Source of the DNA: Octopus bimaculoides
Taxonomy: Eukaryota
Assembly (NCBI RefSeq): GCF_001194135.2
Contig: NC_068985.1
Span: 117,604,037 to 117,665,086 of the forward strand
Direction: 5' to 3'
DNA length: 61,050 nucleotides
Shown here: piece by piece, positions 49,990-61,050 of the stretch
Numbering within the stretch: the first letter of the stretch is position 1
Layout of the letters: the number at the start of each line of letters is the position of its first letter
Notes under the pieces: generated by a model
Told to the model about the DNA's origin: nothing
Seen by the model: only the letters and a program-made list of their open reading frames with translations
The model's database searches: none
Made by a program: the position numbers and the translations under genes

Positions 49990-50766
49990 GTTTGTGTGTG
50001 TGCGTGTGTGTTTGTGTGTGTGTGTTTGTGTGTGTGTGTATGTGTGTNNNNNNNNNNNNNNNNNNNNNNNNNNNNNNNNNNNNNNNNNNNNNNNNNNNNN
50101 NNNNNNNNNNNNNNNNNNNNNNNNNNNNNNNNNNNNNNNNNNNNNNNNNNNNNNNNNNNNNNNNNNNNNNNNNNNNNNNNNNNNNNNNNNNNNNNNNNNN
50201 NNNNNNNNNNNNNNNNNNNNNNNNNNNNNNNNNNNNNNNNNNNNNNNNNNNNNNNNNNNNNNNNNNNNNNNNNNNNNNNNNNNNNNNNNNNNNNNNNNNN
50301 NNNNNNNNNNNNNNNNNNNNNNNNNNNNNNNNNNNNNNNNNNNNNNNNNNNNNNNNNNNNNNNNNNNNNNNNNNNNNNNNNNNNNNNNNNNNNNNNNNNN
50401 NNNNNNNNNNNNNNNNNNNNNNNNNNNNNNNNNNNNNNNNNNNNNNNNNNNNNNNNNNNNNNNNNNNNNNNNNNNNNNNNNNNNNNNNNNNNNNNNNNNN
50501 NNNNNNNNNNNNNNNNNNNNNNNNNNNNNNNNNNNNNNNNNNNNNNNNNNNNNNNNNNNNNNNNNNNNNNNNNNNNNNNNNNNNNNNNNNNNNNNNNNNN
50601 NNNNNNNNNNNNNNNNNNNNNNNNNNNNNNNNNNNNNNNNNNNNNNNNNNNNNNNNNNNNNNNNNNNNNNNNNNNNNNNNNNNNNNNNNNNNNNNNNNNN
50701 NNNNNNNNNNNNNNNNNNNNNNNNNNNNNNNNNNNNNNNNNNNNNNNNNNNNNNNNNNNNNNNNNN

Positions 50767-50801
<35 letters not shown>

Positions 50802-50825
50802 GTATATATATAATGTATATATATA

Positions 50826-50859
<34 letters not shown>

Positions 50860-50957
50860 CCACATAAATGCATACATATAAATACTCACGTAAATACACA
50901 TATACATATTCATATATAAATATATATATGACACATACGTAAAGAGAGTGAGAGAAA

Positions 50958-51048
<91 letters not shown>

Positions 51049-51219
51049 CGTGTCTATGAATAGAACACGTCACCAGTAGTGCTGAATAGATGTTTGGTGA
51101 AATTCACATATACAAGATTGCCAAGTTACTTTCACAAATAAAAGACTTATTCGTTTCCTCTATCAAACCAGAAACTTTTTAACTTGTCTCTATTCACTGA
51201 CCCTTCTACACATTTCATA

Positions 51220-51500
51220 TATAAAATCACATTGAAACTATGTCCATAGCAACAGTCTGGTGCTACTCATACATATTCCAATATCCTCTATCACAACAAT
51301 CTTTGATCTAACTTGCTAAGTTTCATTCACCAATATGTTACAACCTGTGGAATACAAACATGATTCCTCCCTTACCACTACTACACTGTCCTATGCTTCT
51401 TTCAACAAATCATCGCAGCAATCATAATTCAAACTTATAATGTTTCAGTCACCACCATATGTCATGGCTTCTCCTGTGGCGCTATAACAATGTGCTTTGT
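51220..51500 (-). mobile_element. Decayed RTE-like RT C-terminal fragment
   Basis: Minus-strand pieces EAMTYGGD* (cf. AMLYGSETW) and a frameshifted RL.YGH (cf. RLRWYGH); weak. Confidence 0.35.
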
Positions 51501-51533
51501 TTTCTACTTATTCGGTGCACACTATTCACCCAA

Positions 51534-51867
51534 GGAAGGCGCGTGGCTTAGTAGTTAGGGCATTCAGCTCATGATCGTAAAGTTGTGAGTTCAATTCCCG
51601 GCGAGGCGTTGTGTCCTTGATCAAGTTACTTTGTTTCACGTTACTCCAGTGCACTCAGCTGGCAAAAATGGAAAGTGCCTGTATTTCAAAGAGCCAGCCT
51701 TGTCACACTCTGTATCACACTAAATCTCCCTGAGATCTATGTTAAGGGTACATGTGTCTGTGGAGTGCTCAGCCACCTAGTCACTTACACGTTAATTTCA
51801 CGAACATGTTGTTTTGTAGATCGGATCAATTGGAACCCTTGGCACCGTAACCGACGGAGTTCCAGTT
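51534..51867 (+). mobile_element. SINE family C, full length
   Basis: A-box tggcttagtag, B-box gagttcaattccc, gtgtccttgatcaag core, body ...cagccttgtcacactctg...aaccgacggagttcc. Confidence 0.85.
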
Positions 51868-52328
51868 TATTCACCAATATTCAACATATCGCCTGCCAAT
51901 TTCTCTTCACAAATAAATACCTGAAAATATGTTTATGATATTCACCTGGACGATTCTAACTCGACAATTATCTCGCTTTATAATTGGCCAACCACTTAGT
52001 GATGGAAGGACAAATAAGCATTCGCATTTCTATTTCTGCTCCTCTCGATTTTGTAGGAGGGTGGGTTACTACCGAGTCCTACGTCCAGATAATTTTTCTT
52101 CTGAACGTTTCTTCTCCAAAACCGAACCTCCCAGAATTGCAACCATATCTCTGTTTTCTATACAGCACAAAATTTTCAACGCACAAAAGTCAAAAAAATA
52201 AACAACGACTTTGTACCTTCATATCAACACAGCTTACCAGTGGTTCCAAAGACTATTAATGTTCTCAAGGAATGTTTGAGTTCTATTTCACCCACACTGT
52301 AGCCAAAATATTTTTCGTTTATTATGAA

Positions 52329-52640
52329 CGTGTGTAGCCAAGCGGTAAGGGTGTTGCTCGCAATATCATGATTTCGATTCTTGCTCCATGCGGTGCGTTG
52401 TGTTCTTGAGCAAAACATTTCGCTTGATGTTGCGCCAGTCCACTCAGGTGCAAATGAGCAACCCTGCAACAGACTAGCGTTCTGTTAAAGGGGAATTCCA
52501 TGATCTCGATCACTCATACACCATACGACCGCCATTCTAACCAGTAAGACGGCATCATTTAAAATCTACAACACGAGGAAGTGCATTGTAACCAGTGGTG
52601 TATAACATCCGATAGCCTGGTCGATACAATGATGCAGTGA
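52329..52640 (+). mobile_element. Old tRNA-headed SINE with a family C-like head and core and a different tail
   Basis: gtagccaagcggtaagg...atttcgattcc...gtgttcttgagcaaaac...ccagtccactcag. Confidence 0.65.
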
Positions 52641-52932
52641 TTATCAATGCAATCTTCACTACAAGCTGAAGTGCAGCTGTAATTAGCAGGGCAATACAAT
52701 GAATACTTTAGATCTTGAGAATTTGTTTATTTTGCTCACATATGCCTGGTGCCATTTCTATAGTAATGCATTGCCTGCTCTCATCTCCAATTCCTGAATA
52801 ATTGCTCCGCTATCCATTACTAAGGCCAAAGCCAGACAGGCGGGGCATTCCTTTCGCCAAATGTTGTCTAAACATCACAACACAGACATAACACACCCAC
52901 AGCACATACACACAAACACACAGTCACATATT

Positions 52933-52970
<38 letters not shown>

Positions 52971-53161
52971 TTTTATAGGCTATAAAAACTAGAATAATGT
53001 TCACTGTAACTTCGAAGTTTAGACCTGCTAAGTCATCAGTTAAATCTATTCTTGCTCGTGAAAAATAAATAAGTACTTTACAAAAAGTATCGAGTAACCC
53101 TTCATTTTAATGAAAAATGTATTTTTATTATAACTTGACATAAAAAGAAACAAACACACAG

Positions 53162-53715
53162 TAAAAACATCCCTCCTCACCTGCTTCAAAGAAGCCCGAG
53201 ATGGTTTCGTCTGCAGGTAAGGTGATAGCCTCAGCTTTTGGGGATACAGAAAGGACTGTGATTAGTGACTATCTTCATAAAGGCCACACCATCAACGCTG
53301 AGGCACGTACGAAAGGCTATTACTGTCAAACGCTTAGTACAACTGACGAAAGGCCTCTTGTTTTACCAGGACAATGCTCCAGCACACAAGAACTTGGTTT
53401 CAATACCCGCTGCGCGTGACTGTGGTTTTGAACAGGTTGATAATCCTACTTACTCTCCTGATTTGAACCCATCTAACTATCATCATCTGTTCCTAAACAT
53501 GATAAAACATTTGACTGGAACCAGTATCGCAGAGACGATGTCATATCTGCTGTTGATGAAAATGAAAGCTCCTTTACCAATGAGATCCAAGCACGACAAC
53601 ATCGATGAAAGAAGTGTACGGACTGCAAGGAGGGTTAAATTGAAAAATGAATCTCATTTGGCCATATTCCATGAAAGTATCTTGGCCAGCCTATGAACTT
53701 TTCAACCGACCCTCG
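53162..53715 (+). mobile_element. Mariner 3' fragment resembling the irritans subfamily
   Basis: SAGKVIASAFGD...DYLHKGHTINAE, LLFYQDNAPAH, YSPDLNPSNYHHLF. 3' terminus ...ttttcaaccgaccctcg followed by TA. Confidence 0.9.
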
Positions 53716-53806
53716 TATTCGTTTTCAGATTTATCTTTGTGTTCTATATCCCAGGTAACCGAATAAAGCTCATTTTAACATGTCACCCCCAAGAATGTAT
53801 GTTTTT

Positions 53807-53915
<109 letters not shown>

Positions 53916-54344
53916 TGTGTGTGTGAGTGTTCCAAATATGTTCATACAAGCGCATCACTGACATTGAATATTCGAGAAGAGATTCTTCGATATGTCTGAC
54001 ATTAATTAGTAACACATATTTGTCCTGTCATCGCTAAGTGATTGGTCAAGCGAGATAATTGTCGAGTTAGAATCTTCCAGATAAATATCATAGACACATT
54101 TACAGGTCATAATTTGTGAAGAGAAAATGGCAGGTGGTATGTTGAATAATGGTTAATCAGTAAACACTGTCGCTTCTCAATGTTTGCACACGTGGATCAA
54201 AATAAGTCTCATTGGTCTACTTGACTATCATTAAATTGGTGCTTTTAATGTCTGATTATCATTTACTAAGCTCTTTGCATATTTATAGCACCACCGATTC
54301 CCTCCACCCAATTCGGGCGTGACTGGCTCTGACGTACGTTCTTG

Positions 54345-54580
54345 TTATATCTTTTATTTCTATCTTTTCTTCGTTTCCGTCAATGGACAGCTGCCGTGCT
54401 GGAAACATTCTTGAAGGGTTTTGTCGAACAAATCGACACTTGTACTAAGTAAATTTTTTAAGTCAGTTACACAATTTATAAGGCTGTTTTCGCCGATCTG
54501 TATTACGTTTATGTTAGTGGAACATAAATAAACACCGATTTTCATGCGTTGTTGGGAAACAAATACAAAGCTACACACAC
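54345..54580 (-). mobile_element. SINE family A 3' half, old
   Basis: Reverse complement of the right half (..gtcgatttgttcgacaaa...tccagcacggcagc). Confidence 0.6.
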
Positions 54581-54654
54581 ATACAAACATATATGTATGT
54601 ATGTATGTATGTATGTATATATATATAAATCTCACTATTGCTGTCAGACATTTT

Positions 54655-54792
54655 TGTTCACCCACGTAAGGTGTTGTGGGATAGGAAAGGTTTAATCCAC
54701 TTTGAACTTTTAAACCCAAACCAAAGGATAACAACGGAGATCTACAGCGAGCGACTTGAGCGGCTTAAGTCAGCACTAGAAGAAAAACGACC
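54655..54792 (+). mobile_element. Short mariner transposase fragment
   Basis: VHPRKVLWDRKGLIHFELLNPNQRITTEIYSERLERLKSALEEKRP. Confidence 0.85.
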
Positions 54793-54930
54793 ATATATAT
54801 ATATATATATATATATATGAATATGTGTTTCTGTGTTTCTCTGTATGTGTGCGTGAGTGTGTATCTGTGTATGTGCGCGTGAGTGTGTGTGTGTGTGCGT
54901 GTGTGTGCGCGTGTGTGTACATACCTATAT

Positions 54931-55977
54931 GTCACAGCAAATGGTGCTCTCTCTGAAGTGATACCAATCCTCAGTGGAGTCCCCCAGGGAACAGTGCTAG
55001 GACCACGACTGTTTGCGGTTGGCCATAGAGTCAGCCACAGTCACCAGCTTCGCCGATGATACAGAAGTATCGCAGGCGGTCAAGGACCCTACTGACATCC
55101 TAAGACTGCAGAATGACCTGAACGCAATATATAAATGGGCTGACGAGAATGATATGCAGTTCAATGGCGCAAAATTTCAAGCATTCCGCCATCAGCACAC
55201 AAACAAGCTACAGTTGAAGTACATGGGACCAGCAGGCAATGTAATCCCAGAGTTAGAGTCTGTGAGTGACCTGGGAATCCACAACACTATGCAGACGGGT
55301 GGCAGATTGGATCCTTATATCCTTCAGAACCAGGAATAGAAACACAATGCTCCTGCTTGGAGAACCTTTGTCCTCAGTCGTCTAGACTACTGCTCCCAAC
55401 TGTGGTCCCCATAGAGCGTAAAACTAATTGCGGAACGAGAAGTAATCCAATGCCACTACATGAAGAAGATAGACTCAGTAAAATACATGGGCTACTGGGA
55501 GAGGTTAGAGGAACTGGGACTCTACTCCCTGAAGAAGAGACGTGAGAGATATGCAGTGCTATGCATATGGAAAATAAGGGATGGTCTGGCTACAAATTTC
55601 GGAATCGAAATCTACAACAATCCCAAAACTGAATGGCAGTGCACAACACCAAAGGTCCCATCTTCAGCATCGAGGATACGAGCCCAATATTGTAATAGCC
55701 TGGGATTCAAGGGCCCACAACTTTGTACCGCCTTACCACCGTACATCAGGAATCTGTAAGGTGTAGACATGGTAGTCTTCAAAACACATCTAGACAGTTT
55801 TTTATCTGCAATACTGGTTGAACTCACATCGCAGCAGGAGGCACAAAGAAGAGCGCCAATGTACAACTCGCCACTTCAACAGAAGCAATACTGGAAAAGT
55901 CCCCGGATGCAATAAAGGCGGTGCGACAGCATGGCATCAGCCTCTGGCTGAAATTCATAAAAGAAAAGATAAAAGAT
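54931..55977 (+). mobile_element. 5'-truncated CR1-type LINE (RT domain to 3' end)
   Basis: SGVPQGTVLGPRLF, SFADDT, LQNDLNAIYKWADENDMQFNGAKF, DLGI, LDYCSQLW, YWERLEELGLYSLKKRRERY, YCNSLGFKGPQL. Contains frameshifts; ends in an aaagat tail. Confidence 0.92.
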
Positions 55978-56014
55978 ATATACAAACATACATTAACACA
56001 TGCATATACATACA

Positions 56015-56402
56015 TATTTATTTATTTTTTATTTATTTATTTATTTATTTATGGGTTTCAGCCAAGTGGCTGCGGTCATGCTGGTGCACCACCGTGATTT
56101 TCCGTCTTTATGCTGTGCTCTCTTCACGTTCCTTGCATGGCTCTTCTCCCCCACCTGATATGGTCCAATCAAGAGTTTTGATGGCACATCTGGTGTATAA
56201 GAGAATTTGACATCGCTGCCCTAAACTGCGTCTCATTACGAGCCATTGGTTCGTCTGGTATCGTGGAGAGGAAAGCGTCAAGTTTTGTCTTGAAGACCTC
56301 CGCATCCATGTCTTGCATGTCTCTCAAATGTTTTGGCAGGGCATTGAAGAGCTGAGGTCCTCTGAAACCGAGGCTGCTGCAGTATCTCGTTCTTATGTGA
56401 GA
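56015..56402 (-). mobile_element. CR1-type LINE 3' end in the opposite orientation, (TAAA)n tail
   Basis: IRTRYCSSLGFRGPQLFNALPKHLRDMQDMDAEVFKTKLDAFLSTIPDEP...SNSL; upstream part lost in a gap. Confidence 0.9.
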
Positions 56403-57227
56403 NNNNNNNNNNNNNNNNNNNNNNNNNNNNNNNNNNNNNNNNNNNNNNNNNNNNNNNNNNNNNNNNNNNNNNNNNNNNNNNNNNNNNNNNNNNNNNNNNN
56501 NNNNNNNNNNNNNNNNNNNNNNNNNNNNNNNNNNNNNNNNNNNNNNNNNNNNNNNNNNNNNNNNNNNNNNNNNNNNNNNNNNNNNNNNNNNNNNNNNNNN
56601 NNNNNNNNNNNNNNNNNNNNNNNNNNNNNNNNNNNNNNNNNNNNNNNNNNNNNNNNNNNNNNNNNNNNNNNNNNNNNNNNNNNNNNNNNNNNNNNNNNNN
56701 NNNNNNNNNNNNNNNNNNNNNNNNNNNNNNNNNNNNNNNNNNNNNNNNNNNNNNNNNNNNNNNNNNNNNNNNNNNNNNNNNNNNNNNNNNNNNNNNNNNN
56801 NNNNNNNNNNNNNNNNNNNNNNNNNNNNNNNNNNNNNNNNNNNNNNNNNNNNNNNNNNNNNNNNNNNNNNNNNNNNNNNNNNNNNNNNNNNNNNNNNNNN
56901 NNNNNNNNNNNNNNNNNNNNNNNNNNNNNNNNNNNNNNNNNNNNNNNNNNNNNNNNNNNNNNNNNNNNNNNNNNNNNNNNNNNNNNNNNNNNNNNNNNNN
57001 NNNNNNNNNNNNNNNNNNNNNNNNNNNNNNNNNNNNNNNNNNNNNNNNNNNNNNNNNNNNNNNNNNNNNNNNNNNNNNNNNNNNNNNNNNNNNNNNNNNN
57101 NNNNNNNNNNNNNNNNNNNNNNNNNNNNNNNNNNNNNNNNNNNNNNNNNNNNNNNNNNNNNNNNNNNNNNNNNNNNNNNNNTATATATTATTATTATTAT
57201 TATTACTATTATTATTATTATTATTAC

Positions 57228-57286
<59 letters not shown>

Positions 57287-57317
57287 CAATAAATATACAC
57301 AAGTATAAATATATATA

Positions 57318-57851
57318 AGTAATGCCATTTTGTTTAGGACAGGTATAATTACCAACACAGGAACATGTATCATACATCAAAATGAAGCTGGTCCTCTGTG
57401 GATCACATCCCTACTTCTCAACATAGTCAGCGTTTCTCTCAATAGCAATGTCCCAGCTTCGAATGAGAGCCTGTATCCCTGCCCCGCAAAATTCTGTTGA
57501 CTGTTCTTTGAGCCACTTCTTCACTACAGTTTTCACCTTCTCGTCACTGGAATAATGTTTGCCTCTCAAACCCTCTTTCGTGGAGCCGAAGAGATGATAG
57601 TCTGAAGGCGCTAAATCTGGTGGGTGTGAAGGTAGTGAGGAAGTGGCTCAAAGAAGAGTCAACAGAATTGTACGTTCAGGAATACATGCTCTCATTCGAA
57701 GGTAGAACATTACTATTGAAAGAAATGGTGACTATGTTGAGAAGTAGAGATGTGATCCACAGAGGACCAGCTTTATTTTGATGTATGATACATCTTCCTC
57801 TGTTGGTAATTATACCTGTCCTAAACAAAATGGCTTTTTGACTCACCCTCG
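57318..57851. mobile_element. Fold-back structure made of two inverted mariner 3' ends
   Basis: Arms at 57324-57537 and 57623-57834 are inverted, roughly 85-90% identical by eye. The left copy encodes (minus) PDLAPSDYHLFGSTKEGLRGKHY...KKWLKEQSTEF...YVEK*. Right end ...gactcaccctcg followed by TA. Confidence 0.85.
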
Positions 57852-58331
57852 TACAAATGTTCACACATATATCCATGTAAGGGGGCTTCTCATATTCATC
57901 TCGGTCGCCCTTTTCTGGTTACGTTGTACCGATGATTGGAGAGCATATTATACATGCTGACCATGAAATCATTAATTTTATACGACTAAACCATTTTTAA
58001 AGGAACTTCTATGTTTATTTCTCCGATTTCGGCGCCTGTGTATATTTATTGAAGTAGTTTGACTTTAGAGTCCCTTTACAGCGTGAGACGTTACTTATAG
58101 TAATAGCCCTTGATATAATAATGTATTTTATATTTGAGAAAAAAATTATATACTTTGTAATTATTTTTTTCTCAATTGGTTTCCTACGCTGGCTACTTAT
58201 ATAGATTCTATCCTTATATTATATATATATTCAATTTAATTGTATCAAGAATCTAAAATCCTTTAATGGGATGCTAGTATCCTAGTTCTCCTGTTTACAC
58301 CAGTGTTCAGTGAACGCTAGACATATTAGTT

Positions 58332-58364
<33 letters not shown>

Positions 58365-58678
58365 NNNNNNNNNNNNNNNNNNNNNNNNNNNNNNNNNNNN
58401 NNNNNNNNNNNNNNNNNNNNNNNNNNNNNNNNNNNNNNNNNNNNNNNNNNNNNNNNNNNNNNNNNNNNNNNNNNNNNNNNNNNNNNNNNNNNNNNNNNNN
58501 NNNNNNNNNNNNNNNNNNNNNNNNNNNNNNNNNNNNNNNNNNNNNNNNNNNNNNNNNNNNNNNNNNNNNNNNNNNNNNNNNNNNNNNNNNNNNNNNNNNN
58601 NNNNNNNNNNNNNNNNNNNNNNNNNNNNNNNNNNNNNNNNNNNNNNNNNNNNNNNNNNNNNNNNNNNNNNNNNNNNNN

Positions 58679-58723
<45 letters not shown>

Positions 58724-58924
58724 TATGAATATATGTGTGAGTGTCCCGCACATATTTTACGGGAGGGTTGCAATCAGAAAACCACTATTTTCAAATACAA
58801 ACGTTGCAAAGCGTTTAGAGTGGAATAAAAGCCTTATATACTTTGTACTAATTTTTTTCCTCAATCGGTTTCCTACATTGGCTACTTATATAAATTCTAT
58901 ACTTATATTATATATATACTGCTT

Positions 58925-59100
58925 TACTGCCAGTGTTGGTGTGTTTACATTCCAGTAACTTGAGGGTTCAGGAATAAGAGAACGTTAGAAAAAGTACCAG
59001 ACATGACTGGTACATGACTGATTTGTTCGACTAAACCCGTCAAGGCTATGCACCATCAAAGCTGCAGTCCAATAACTAAAACAAGTGAAAGACAAAAGAC
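58925..59100 (+). mobile_element. SINE family A 3' half, old
   Basis: ggtgtgtttaca...agtaccagac...gatttgttcgactaaaccc...ctgcagtccaataactaaaacaagt. Confidence 0.6.
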
Positions 59101-59591
59101 GTAAAGATAGAATTCACATCTCCAAATAATGTTCTTGGATAATGTAAATAATTCATATGAATCTACAATATTTTAGAAACAAGTTCACTTACCAAATATT
59201 AGTAGTTTCATATGCAATACATTGCAATACATTGATAAATTCTTCAGAAACGTTCTGTAACAAATCGTCTGCATCAATCATTAATGAAGCTTCGTTAATG
59301 GAGAAGCGTTTTAAACTGTTTAATGGCAACCAGAGATAATGTAACGACTCTTTATATTTACTGAAAGGCTACAAAATTTATTCAAACTCAGTAAATGAAT
59401 GGAATTTATTTTATTATTTCTTCGACAGTAAAGAGAGGGGACGGGGAGGGACGAAGAGAGGGGGGAGAGGGAGAAACTTACGACAAAGAGAGGATGAGGT
59501 GCGATTCGAAGTCAGATCGTGATGAAGTACAGCTTGGCATTTCAGGTAAATCATTGTTTCTGTGACTTAAGAAATCTTGACGCGATTAATA

Positions 59592-59628
<37 letters not shown>

Positions 59629-60157
59629 ATAAGTGCGTATGAATGTATTCACAAATACATATAAAAGTGATTANNNNNNNNNNNNNNNNNNNNNNNNNNN
59701 NNNNNNNNNNNNNNNNNNNNNNNNNNNNNNNNNNNNNNNNNNNNNNNNNNNNNNNNNNNNNNNNNNNNNNNNNNNNNNNNNNNNNNNNNNNNNNNNNNNN
59801 NNNNNNNNNNNNNNNNNNNNNNNNNNNNNNNNNNNNNNNNNNNNNNNNNNNNNNNNNNNNNNNNNNNNNNNNNNNNNNNNNNNNNNNNNNNNNNNNNNNN
59901 NNNNNNNNNNNNNNNNNNNNNNNNNNNNNNNNNNNNNNNNNNNNNNNNNNNNNNNNNNNNNNNNNNNNNNNNNNNNNNNNNNNNNNNNNNNNNNNNNNNN
60001 NNNNNNNNNNNNNNNNNNNNNNNNNNNNNNNNNNNNNNNNNNNNNNNNNNNNNNNNNNNNNNNNNNNNNNNNNNNNNNNNNNNNNNNNNNNNNNNNNNNN
60101 NNNNNNNNNNNNNNNNNNNNNNNNNNNNNNNNNNNNNNNNNNNNNNNNNNNNNNNNA

Positions 60158-60312
60158 GAGATGGAGAGAGAGAGATGGAGAGAGATGGAGAGAGAGAGAG
60201 ATGGAGAGAGAGAGATGGAGAGAGAGAGAGATGGAGAGAGAGAGATGGAGAGAGAGAGATGGAGAGAGAGAGATGGAGAGAGAGAGATGGAGAGAGAGAT
60301 GGAGAGAGAGAG
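60158..60312. repeat. Purine-rich minisatellite ATGG(AG)n, variable unit of about 8-14 bp
   Basis: Directly visible. Confidence 0.95.
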
Positions 60313-60379
60313 GGGAGAAAGAGATATAAGCATGCATACATTCATGCATATACATACACATGTGTGCATGCATACTTAT

Positions 60380-60644
60380 TTCTTTGAATAAGGGCTGAGA
60401 GGAAATGGTAATGGTGAGTCGGTTCATCATTACCATCTCTCGAATCACTACTCTTTCTTCTGTTTTGGTGTACATTACTAGTAGAGCGGCCATGCTTACA
60501 CTGTAAAACCAGAAAGTAAAATGGCTCAAACTTCGATCACGTGACCACATATTACCAAGTATAAGCACACATGCGCAAAATGCAGTGTATCAATAATATA
60601 GATATGTCATGGTGAAAGTGCGGATAATTTTTGACTACCCCTCG
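60380..60644 (-). mobile_element. Mariner 5' end with an internally deleted N-terminus
   Basis: TA plus cgaggggtagtcaaaaattatccg terminus at 60644. ATG at 60493 MAALLVMYTKTEERVVIREMVMMNRLT (cf. MAA....TKEEQR.VIRF and later IREMV..NRR.T). Confidence 0.7.
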
Positions 60645-60976
60645 TATGTACATATATAAATTTATATAAGTGAGGATAAGATCAATATTTAAAATATCGA
60701 TTTTATCAAGTTGTAATATTTATTTAAAATTATAATTTAGGATATCTAAGAGATACCACCATGCTGGAAATAGCAGTCAAAGCTTGACTCTAAAACCACA
60801 ATAAATATTCATGTCGCACCGGTAGAGAAGACGAAGAGACAAAATAAACTAGCAAAAATTACTGGAATTCGTCTCTTCTTCTTCTCTCCTGGTGCTATAT
60901 GAACATTTATTATGGTGTTAGAATCAAGCTTTGGCTGCTATTTTCAGCGTGGCGGTGTCTCTTAGATACTGTAAAT

Positions 60977-61022
<46 letters not shown>

Positions 61023-61050
61023 AATATAATTAAGGGATCAGCAAAATATT

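Overview
AT-rich, repeat-saturated eukaryotic DNA from a short-read draft assembly: 23 N-gaps totalling about 9.5 kb, most of them abutting microsatellites. I found no intact host protein-coding gene, rRNA, true tRNA gene or CRISPR array. Nearly all long ORFs in the supplied track are artefacts of simple repeats or N-runs. The window is a transposon graveyard. It holds three interleaved families of tRNA-headed SINEs (about 30 copies or fragments) and remnants of several Tc1/mariner lineages (mariner DD34D, Tc1 DD34E, maT/DD37D-like, rosa/DD41D-like). It also holds LINE fragments of the CR1, RTE and Tx1 types and a Penelope-like RT plus GIY-YIG remnant. The SINE and microsatellite landscape resembles an octopus (coleoid cephalopod) genome; that assignment is recall and inference, not a database result. 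The most interesting observations are these. (1) A 594-bp MITE with GG-terminal 39-bp TIRs and an 8-bp TSD carries a perfect (CCCTAA)3-CCCTAGGG-(TTAGGG)3 telomere-repeat palindrome. (2) Penelope-type terminal repeats carry a minimal hammerhead-like fold with a shared non-canonical core. (3) One SINE family shares its 3' tail with the CR1-type LINE present in the same window. (4) A 153-bp TG..CA solo-LTR-like insert has a 5-bp TSD. (5) A mariner-derived fold-back has arms of about 210 bp. Nothing here demonstrates a new biological system outright; these are leads to test.
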